Shown here: one piece after another, positions 39,171 to 50,400 of the stretch
Layout of the letters: each line of letters starts with the position of its first letter
Position numbering within the stretch: position 1 is the first letter of the stretch
Assembly (NCBI GenBank): GCA_044892525.1
Contig: CM097888.1
Span: 71,362,001-71,426,000, forward strand
DNA: 64,000 bases
Direction: 5' to 3'
From: Schmidtea polychroa
Taxonomy: Eukaryota
Translations under genes and position numbers: made by a program
The notes under the pieces: model-generated
Told to the model about the DNA's origin: nothing
Seen by the model: only the letters and a program-made list of their open reading frames with translations
Database searches by the model: none

Positions 39171-40535
39171 AAGGCCTAGAAAAGCGAGAGATAGCAGTTA
39201 AGCTACAATGAGCTAATATCTGAATTAATAGAGAAAGGGAATATTAAAGCTAGCTAGAAACAAATTGAATGTAATTACGGAAATTTGAGTTTAGAGAGGA
39301 AATAAACGAGCTCGTAGAAAAGATAATAAGATTATAATGAAAAAGGAAAGGGAAGAAGGAAACGAATTAAAGAGATAATGGAAAATAAAGAATAGGCGAA
39401 ACGATGATAATGAGTAAAGAGGAAAGTAACCAACTAATTAAAGGGATCCCAGTGAGGTAGAGAAACTCTACGGAATATTTTTTTTGGTTAAACCGGGAAA
39501 ATGCATTTTATTGGTTCCAGAGTAGAACCGAGCGTAATAATAGTAAATATGAAAAGTAAAATAGCGACAACAGCGCAAAAGGAATAGGAAAACGAAGGGG
39601 GGTAATAAGCAGAGACCGACAACGACCTATTTTTACTATAATTGATAACGAATAGATAATTATTACGACTTGATAGATAATTGTTACTACCCCATATAGA
39701 TAATTTAAAATCGACGAAAAATTCGGGCTGATGGGAGATTATAACCCGCGGAAGTAATTGCATAAAAAATAGGGGAAGCATAAACAGAACCTAAAAGGTG
39801 TCTGTGTTCGAACGTTGTTGAAAGAATGATGAAGTCGTGTAAGCAAATGCAACACGAGATCATTTTTTCATTTTAGATATCAAACCAATCCAGTCAACCA
39901 AGACAATCCAGAACCTGCACAAAAGGAATTCGAAGAAATCGACAATCGACCAAGAATAAATTCATTCAGAACCCGCACCGAGAGACACAACAACCGGAAG
40001 ACTCCAGAACGGAAGAAGATACAGATAGCGACATCTCCAACTTCGAACGAATCATCGATATATTCAACCTCATAATATTAGCAGCCATCTGTCAAGGACT
40101 AGTGAATCTCCTCAGAATCACAGTAGCAGATTCATACAGAATATTTATCGAAGGAAACACAATCAGAACCGAACTCGTCCAATTCAATAGCCGCTAATTA
40201 CCAAGAAGCGTAAGAAAGGAATCACGGATAAACCCAATCTTAGATCTTCAAGTAAGCCAGGAGACGTATTATTTTCAGGAGACGAATTACAACAACTCAA
40301 AAGAGGACGATCTATTAAACAGCAAAGAGGAATATCACAAGGATCAAGAAGAACCAATCAAGTACCTATATTTGATCAAGAAAATCTCGGATACACCCCT
40401 AGTCGATCTCGAAGCAGAGAAAGTCTGTCCGACATCACTAATAGTTTAGCAACGTCAACCGAGGAATTATCAGCCCAAAGTTTAGTCACATCGTTAGACA
40501 ATTTAAAAGAAACAGACGAATCTAGAACACCAATC

Positions 40536-41441
40536 ATGACGAATATCGTAAAAACCGACGAGTATAAAGAGAAGTTCAGAGGAGAACCGTTCAACGGAAA
40601 TGCAAACAAGTTAGCAACGTTCATAACTAATTTTGAAGTTTATATCACTGTATGTGGATGGACACCCGAAGCAATTAGTAAAAGGATGCCGTTGTTTTTG
40701 TGCGATAGCGCATTAGAAGTATATTTAGAAGCTAAAGAGAGAGATACGAAATTAGAAAAGTGGGAAGATATCAAAACATTCCTGAAGAAAACCTTCGGAG
40801 CCAGTAAGCCAATCAACCAGGCGTTGGGCGAACTAGCAAATAGGAAACAAAGAGCAAACGAATCGATAACATTATATGCCAGTGAATTGCGGAGATTAGC
40901 GAAGAAAGCAATGAATGGAAAATTACCCGAAGAAAATCTGATCGGTTATTTCATAGAGGGATTACGCCGAGAAGAAGTAAGGGCCTCAGTAGGTTGTCAA
41001 ATGTGCAAAACATTAGAGGAAGCCATAGATTGGGCTACAAGATGCGAGCTCCACCTTCCAGCTCAAATGAATATTATGCAAGAGGAGGGAAGGATAATGA
41101 CAGCAATAGCGAAAGCGGATAACGGAGATAACAACAATCAAGAACCGAAAATGAATCAATTTATACCAGGAGCGCACCAAATTTTCAAACCACCACAAGG
41201 ACGATCAAATGGGAATAATGGTAATCGTAACAACCCGAATAATGAGAACAATTTTAATAATCGACGAAATATGAACGATAACAAGCAGTGTCGAACATGC
41301 GGTAAACCAGGACACTGGGACAGAGATTGCTATAGAAATTCAAATTGTAATCGTTGCGGACGGCGTGGACATACCGAAAATGTATGCCAATTGAGAGGTT
41401 GTTTTAACTGTGGTCAGCCAGGTCACATCTCCAGAGATTGC
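40536..41441 (+). other. Polyprotein domain: Gag capsid plus three CCHC zinc knuckles (41289-41441)
   Basis: EPFNGNANKLATF..F..Y capsid start; CRTCGKPGHWDRDC, CNRCGRRGHTENVC, CFNCGQPGHISRDC. Confidence 0.9.
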
Positions 41442-44400
41442 CGAGAAAGGGGCCAACAACAACGAGCACCACAGCGAAATAATAATTATATGGCGAATCC
41501 GCAACGACAAAGTAACCCTAGCGAAGGAAAACAAATGAACGTTATGCAGGAAATCTCGCAGATGAAACAGATGATGCAACAAATGATGAGACCAAGACAA
41601 GAACCAGCACCACAACAAACCCAGAACATACGTATGATGAGGAGTACCGAAAATCTCAACAATTATGAAGTGCATCAACATGTACAAGAATGGCAAAGAC
41701 TACAGGCCGAGGAAGAGAGGATAAAACAAGAACGCAACCAACAACGACAAGAACAACCATTGCGAATTAATATGATGAAGTTAGTAAAAGACATGAAAAG
41801 CCAGTATTGCTACAATTACGGGAAAAACCCAAGGGTAGTACCCATGACTGAACCAGAAAAGGTAACAGAAACAACAACGGAAATGAAAACAGAGAATTCA
41901 ACCACGATTTTAAAAGGAAACCAGAGAATTCAGAAAATATTCTGGAAAAAGATAAAAGATAAAATCGAAAAAGAACATAATAAAGCGAAAGCCGAGACAG
42001 AAGATGAAAATAACAAGAGCAAGGAACAAACCAGTCAACTAAACCACCAAATGCTACAAGAATTAGAATCAGAAGAAACAACGATATTCGAAAGAAAGAA
42101 ACTAAAGAGAGTACCAAGGATGAGAAACTTGCAAATCAATATGATGAAAAGGACAAAAGATGTAGCATCGTCAGACGAAGAAGAAGACTATGTAAGTAGT
42201 TTGGGTGGAGAAATACTACAGCTGAATGAAATAAGCGAACCTCCAAAAGGGGAAATCAAAGAGGAAGAAGGCGAAAGCGAGATAACCAGCGAAAGTGAAG
42301 ACGAGGATATCGAAATGAAGTTGAGAAAAGGGAAGGAGGAAGCGATAAAACAAGTAGCGGAAATACTCCCAGTAGTAGTGAGGAACCAAGAGTTCATTGA
42401 CGTAATACCATTCAGGCGATTCGTGCAAAAAGTGATGAAATTGGAAAGAAACGAGAAAGATTTAATACCAAACGAGGAAAAATCAATTATAAAAAAGTAT
42501 ATGGAAAAAATGAAGCAGGCAGATACCACGCGGTATGTCATAAAAATCGGAACGAGCAGAGGACTTGAAAGAATGTGGATAAAAAATACAGTCACCGACG
42601 AACTTTTCGATTGGATACGAGAACATTTGGGAAGTTCGAGAAAGAAAGAATATCTGTATCAATACCAAGGAGAACAGATCAAACCAGATATGCACTTAGT
42701 AGATGCACTAATATGGCCAGGAGAAACGCAAATACTGAAGTTGCATAAAGAAAAACAACCAGCCAACCTGTACGATTGGGCTAAAGATGCCAAGGCAGAA
42801 TATGATTTTAACATCAAATTGAAATTAGAACAAATAAAACAATGTACTCTGAGACGAAACCTGGATAAGCTGATCAAACAAATTCAAGCACAAGTGGAAG
42901 ACAACTGGGATTTACTCATCACCAGACGAGCCCCAGCCATGTACGAACTAATGAGCCGATTGCGAGATACAGAAATGCTCCGGATGAGTGATTGGAGAAC
43001 CATAAATTTAATCCACAAATATGGAAGGTTAAAAGAAACCCAGCCACAGAGGTTGGAAATAACCATATGGTTACCGAACGAAGAAAAACGACGAATAAAA
43101 ATGAGCAATCAGAGTACAGTAGATGACTTGGTATCAAAAATAAACCAAGAGATAACGGAAAAGGTACGTAGCGAAAGTAGTGATGGTATGGTGGATGATG
43201 TAGTCATGATGTACGATAAAATAATATTACGAGCGGAGGACGACACCTCGTTAAGCGAAATGGGTATGTGGGACAATCATCAGATAATCAGGATAGTACC
43301 AATGGATGAATTTCGAACAAGAGATGTAACCTATCAAAAAGAAATACGAGACCGGATGAAAACGTTATATCAAAAATCTACGGAAATAATTAAAATCCAC
43401 CAACAATGGTTAAAAGAAAAGGAACTACAAGGAAAAATCACGAAACTAAGTACCAGATCCTGCAGACGAACCCCATGGGAAAGAGTGTGGAATGCAGAAA
43501 CTAAGGAATGGGAAATCCGGAAAGGAATCTTCGTAGAAACAGACATTGGTGAGACAGAAAGTGAATCGGAGGAAGAAGAAGAGGAACCTCCAGAATATGA
43601 AGAAGAAGTAAGGGAACAGACATCGGATGACGAAAGCGAGACAGATGTCACATCAGAAAGCGAAAATGAAGCGAGACATATTCATGCAATGAGGAAAAAG
43701 GAACGAGAATATGCTGATATGGACGGCGAGGAAGCAATAGAAGCAAGAGAACGAGAAGAGAAAGAAAGATATAAACAATTAGGCGATATCTTAGCAATGG
43801 GAGCGAAAAATCAAAAACGCCAAGTAGTAGCGTTGGCTAACATCATCTTAAAAACATCAGAAAACATCCACAATCTGAGAGGAATGGCAAAGGCAATAGA
43901 GGAATACCGGCAATATAATGAATGGTATCCAGAACAGCTAGAACAAATTATTCGAAAATGGAGAAATCAGGAATGGGCACAAGACACTCAGGAGAGGTAT
44001 CACATCCGAATCAAGTATCCGGACAAGAGCATCGAGGAACTAGAGGTGCATCCAACAACAAAGATTAGAGAATTAAAAAAGAAGTTAGCATATGAAACTC
44101 CATTCCATCTGCAACTGTTCGGAAAATCACTAGACGATAATGCAGACGTCGGAATAACACCCATGAGATTGGAAGAGACAAATGTATTAACAATGGCAGA
44201 AACGTTGGGGAAACCGTTAAAAAGGAAAAGTAAAATTACTAAACTAACAAAAGGCAGTTTGAGTACTCCAAGTCCGAACAAAGCACCAAGTAAATCTAAT
44301 GAAACTGAAGAAGTTGAAGAGATAATCCTGGAAGATAGTGACGATGAACCAGGAGAAAGATCACCGCTATTAGTGAGATGGCCGACAGGAGCCGAAATGT

Positions 44401-47400
44401 GGACTAATAACCAGCCATCAACGAGTTATCAACAACCAACGAAACTGAACATCAAAGAAATCATCGACAATACTACGGAAACCGAAACGGATGAACAATT
44501 CCAGAAGCAAAGAGAACCAACGAAAGTAACACCAGAAGGTCAAACCGATAAAATAATAGATGAATGGAATGAGTGGCTAAAAAATAACGATAGCTCATTA
44601 CCCAGAACGGATAACGAAAGAAATCCGAATTACGAAAATACCAGAGAAGCCGGAACGATGATGGAAAAACGGGCAAAAGGAAGACCTAAGAAACAAGGAG
44701 AAAAGTCTGAGTTTAAAACCAAAGAACAATTAAAGCAAGAACAAGGGCAAGTTCGATTAGAGAAATTGGATAAAATAGTATGGGATCTAAAGGAAGCCCA
44801 ACCAACGATCGAAAGAGGAGAAAAATGGATACGAGAATTGTTAAAAGATATGTTAATAATAACAAACCCACAACTTAGACGCTTGTGGCAACGGAAAGTA
44901 GCCAGTACGGAAGCTAGACAATTATGGCACATCGTTTCGGGGATAATCCCAAAGTTAATCAAAGAGAAAACGAAAACCACCAAAACGGATTGGGATGAAA
45001 CAAAGAGAGTGATTGAACAGCTCACGACGAATGCAAATGATGACGAACATCACCTAGTGGTAATCACGTATTTGATGTATAATTTGATGGGACTAGCTGC
45101 GAGGAAAATACCAAATAAACAATTTGCAAATCATGTGGAAATGACCGTTTCAATCATAGAGAATACTATTGAACCACATATTATCCGTGCCGGAGGATGG
45201 AAAAGACTTATACAAGCGCCACGAAAAAATGAGCAAGAAAGGTCGATGCAAGTTAGATTGAAGAAGTTGTTGAATGAACTAGAATGGGAACTACCCATGA
45301 AAGACCCAGCAAGCCGAAAAGCATCGATAAATTCGTTAATGATGACTATGATGATATGGATGTTGTGCACAAGTGGAGCAACAGGTTTTACCATCTACGA
45401 TTGTGATAATATGATAATGAGAGATAAATACTCGTTGAGAGACATAGAAGAATGCAGACAAGCATCACCCAACAAATTAGACATAGTAAGAACAAAAGTT
45501 ACTTACCATGTATATCAAGAATCAGATTTCATCAGAACGCAAGCAAGGGAATGCGTGGTATCAAAAAAGGTACTCGCATATTACTGTGGACAATATTCGT
45601 ATTCGACTCTTATACTACCTGGTCTGGATAAAGAAATCGTATCAATACAACGAGAGGACTGTAAAGAGCTATTTAGAACCGGAGCGCTAAAAATGCATAA
45701 CGGAGTGACGATTCACGGACAAACTGGAATGATTAAAACCGAAAGCGTTTACGTATCCGGAAAAGTAAAATCATCAGATGGGTCATGTAACGGAGGTACG
45801 TATACGATCCGAGGCGAGGTAATATCGGGAGTAGTAGTGATCGAGTCTTACACGGTCGAATTAAAAGAATACGAAGCGCAATTTGACGCAAATAATTACC
45901 AAATGAAGACCAACCCAGCGTGTAGAGCTACAGAAAACGTATGTAGGACAGGAGTATCAACTATAATCTATGAAGCTAATACCCAAATATGCCGACTCCA
46001 ACTGTTAAAAAGTGCTTTGTTCAATGAAGTAAAAGGAGAAATATATGAGAACGAGAACGACGAGGATGGAAACGACAGAGTGAGAATGCGAAATGGAAAA
46101 CCAATGCCACCATCTCCCAGAGAAAAGAGACTTTCAACGCAGAAGACACCAACAGCATTAATCACAGACGATCCAGATCTAGGTATGAGATTTATCAAAG
46201 AGAAAGAAACCACCAAATGTGACAGTATAGTATATAAAACCAATTACGCAGGCATCTATATGTCGAGACAAATAATCGATAGAGCAGTGGGAAAGATAGC
46301 AACGGAGGACGTAAAACTATACTTATATGCAAATAATAAAATGGATTTTCTATTTCATCGCGGACAAACGACCTTGCAAAAAGTATATTACGATCTGATA
46401 CAAAACGATTGTTCATTGAATAAAGAAATATTGAAAACAAAGCTAGCTATTGCGATAACGCACCCAGATAACACGATGCCATCACTCCCATTACCAGATG
46501 GACACTTTGGTAGAATGGTAGGAGAAGTGATGTACACATACCAGTGTACCAAGACGTATGCACGAATGCCAGAAAAATCCATACTACCCGAAAAGAGATG
46601 TGCAAATGAATTAGAAATCCGTTATAAAGGACAAAATCGATTCGTCCAACCAGTCACTAGAATTATGAATCCAGTGGGTTTCTACCCAAATCTCTTTAAC
46701 TGTTCTAATGCATACGGACCTTTATATGAAAGGCCCGATGGGAAATGGATGATGTTACCGGGAAAAACCATATCCGAGGAGCCCAAGAAATTTGGATTAA
46801 TAGAACTCGCCACAGAGCTGGATTTCAAACCTATAGACGTGTCAAACGGTGGTATGTATTCCCCAGAAGATCTAGAAACAGCACGACTTAACGTACTCTT
46901 CCCAGCCAGACGAGAATCCATTTTGTCAAATATGGTTACAATAACGGGGGGAACAAATTATCAATCAGGCCCGAATTACGAGCTGCTACTATCGCCAGAC
47001 CATTTTCAACAAGCCACATCAAACATGATGAAAGCCATGTGGGGAAGATTCTTAGTTTTTGGACAAATGATGGCCGGGATATTAGGGATCATACTCATAA
47101 TTCAGATAGTCAGAGTAATACTAACACAAATGTTAGCGTGTTTTGATATATACAAGCGAGAAAAGAAAGTAAATTGGAAAATGATAGTAGGCTTTCTACC
47201 ATTTTTAGCTAAAACCATGGTATTACATGGTCACTCAAAAGACATTCATCGGATAAAGCGATTGATTAAAATATTAACAAAGATTAAAGGAACCGACGAG
47301 GAAGTAGGCAGACGATTCCGGAAAGTAATGTACGATGAAGCAACAAGACGACAATTGAAAAAGAATAAGCCAAAATTCTTGGACCGATTTAGAAGCCAAT

Positions 47401-50400
47401 CATCTAACAGCGATAGTGACGACGATGATAACGGGAACGATAAATGTCTATATCCAAACAGAAACCCAAACGAAAAACCAATGGAAACGGCACCATATTG
47501 GGAGAAGGAAAAGACAAATACCTGGATCGCCAATGGAAGCTACATACCACCGGATATCGCGGGACCACAAGCAGCTTTGACCATGACACAAAATATGTAT
47601 CCGCAATTACCAAGTCAACCCGGTATGCATTATATGCCAACACGACGTACCAAAAGTGTAGATCAAGCAGATGACGTAAGAACAATAGCAGCGATGAGTT
47701 TACCTGGAGGTCCAGCAGTAACAGTTATGATTCAAATCAATGGTAAAGAAACCAATGCTATGATAGACACAGGAGCTAATGTATCAGCGATAGCGATTAA
47801 TCAAATTCCCAGTAAACACTGGAAAGATATCGAATCCACAACAATTCACATCATAGCATGTAGTAAAGAAACAGTGGACGTGGTCGGAAGATGGTGGACT
47901 ACATTGAGATACCAGGACAACGAAATTGAAACGTATTTGGCAGTAATACCAAAACTTAGCGTACCATGCATAATCGGAACGGATTTGATGCCAGAATTGT
48001 TAAAAGAAGTCGTAATTGACTTAACAACCATGTGTTTAAAAGACAAAACCGGTAGAATATGCAAAATGAATGTAGTCATCAGATGTCCAGAAAAAATAAT
48101 AGTACCAGCAAAATCGCAGATGATTTGTCAGATAAAAGTGGATACGGGTATGGAAGGAGAAGTTATCTTTGAACCAAGCAAGTCATTTGAAAAGCGACGA
48201 GAATTACCACTCGCAAGAGAAATAATCACAATAAACCAAGAAGGAGTGATACCGCTCAACATCACGAATTTCGAAGAGGAAGACAAAATCATTTATGAGA
48301 ACGAAAAATTAGGAAAATTGACCCCAATGATGGACATAGAATTACCGAAAGTGACCAACGAGATGATCAAAGATGATGAATTATGGACAATAGATAGTAT
48401 GTTGTTGACGAATGATGAAAAGAAAAAATTGCACCGATTGTTGGTAGAATATAAAGATATATTCGCCATCTCAGATTTAGACTTGGGTACATGTGATGTT
48501 ACCTTACATGCAATACCACTCATAGACGAAACCCCAATTGCATTGAGACCATACAAGTTAGCAGAAATGCAGAAAGAAATAGCCGAAACAGAAGTACAAA
48601 AGATGCTAGACGCAAAAGTAATCGAACCAAGTTGCTCACCCTGGCAATTCCCAGTGGTCATGGTAAAAAAGAAAGATGGCACCCAACGATTCTGTATCGA
48701 TTATCGGAAGTTAAACGCAGTAACCAAGAGAGATACCTATCCATTGCCGGACATCAATGAGATGTTATTGATGTTGCAAGGGGCAGCATATTTTACTTCT
48801 TTAGATCTAAAAAGTGGATACTGGCAGATTAAAGTCAAAGATGAGGACAAAGAGAAAACAGCTTTCACGTTGGGACGAGATCTATATCAATTCAGGAAAA
48901 TGCCATTTGGACTGACCAACGCACCAGCATCATTTCAACGGTGTATGAACTTTGTCACCCATGGAATCAAACAATGTATGGTATATATTGATGATTTACT
49001 AATCTATTCAGCGACATTTGAACAACATCTGGAAGATATCCGAAACGTATTTATTAGATTAAGACAGTGGAAACTCAAACTCAAACCATCAAAATGCGAT
49101 TGGGCAAAGGAAAAAGTCACGTTTTTAGGACACATAGTGTCAGCTAAAGGAAAGGAGCCAGATCCAAGAAACATTGAGAAAATAAAAACATGTCCAGCAC
49201 CGAAAACTGTCACCCAAGTTCAGGAATTTCTAGGATTATGCGGATACTATCGCAAATTTATCAAAAATTATGCAGGAATTGCAAAACCAATCCAGGAATT
49301 AGTAAAGAAGGACATTTCGTTCATTTGGGGGAAGGAACAACAAGAGGCGTTCGAAACGCTGAGAGATAAACTAATCGAAGCACCTATCCTCGTACACCCA
49401 GATTTTAAGAAGCCATTTCTATTGGCAACGGATGCAAGCGGGTACGCGGCAGGCGCGATTCTGGGACAATTAGATGATGAAGGAAAAGAGAGAGTAATCG
49501 GGTATTACAGTCGAACATTCAAAAAGCACGAAAAGAACTATTCGGTAACAGAACGGGAAGCATTGGCTATAATACAAGCTATCAAACACTTCCGATACTT
49601 ACTATGGGGACATGAGATATGTATAACCACAGATCATCAACCATTAGTGTGGTTAGGGCAACATAAAGAAGCGTCCAGTAGACTGATGAGATGGGCCATG
49701 CAATTGCAAGAATACTCCCCATTTATAAAATTCAAAGCGGGAAGAGCAAATGCCAACGCCGATTGTATGTCAAGATTTATTTTCCCAGATTTGGTGGATT
49801 CAGAAATGCAACGCATATGCTTAATAGTAGCGGAAGATTTGGATTTCTGTCAACTGCGAAAGGACCAACAAGAGGACGCGGAATTAAAACAAATTATCGA
49901 TTATGTAAAAACCGGAAAGACAGATGTATATGCGAAAGACCAAAAATTAAAAGAACATATGGATAAACACCGACACCGATATATTATAGAGAAAGATTGG
50001 TTGCTGATAATGGATGGGGAAAAACGATTAATGTGTATACCGGAAAACCGACGAAAAGAGTTACTAACGCAATATCACGATGGGAGATTGGGAGGACATA
50101 TGTCATCGAAAAAGACGTTAGCAAGAATGAAACAGAAATATTTTTGGCCTACGTTAACTGAAGATGTAACCGAATGGGTAAAAAATTGTCTAACTTGTGC
50201 AACCAGGAAGAATACTGGATCGAAATGGAAAGCACCTTTAACGCCAATGCCAGTACCAATAGAACCAATGACAATGATATCCATGGACGTAGTTGGTCCA
50301 CTACCAGAGTCAGATAAAGGAAACGTTTACATTCTAGTGATCACAGACTTTCTTACGAAATTCCCAGAAGCATTCGCGATGCCAGACCAAAAAGCTAAAA

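Noticed and set aside
39488-39781. 97-aa antisense ORF with a TM-like segment in the leader
   Set aside because: Overlapping frames are equally hydrophobic, which points to base composition; no independent support.
39826-39838. ATG ATG AAG TCG T|GTAAGC as the first gag exon
   Set aside because: Splicing to 40279 creates an immediate TGA, and splicing to 39877 gives only a short peptide.
40252-40278. 27-nt GTAAGC...TTTTCAG micro-intron upstream of gag
   Set aside because: Much shorter than the 51-nt host intron seen here; the acceptor is better explained by the distal donor at 37127.
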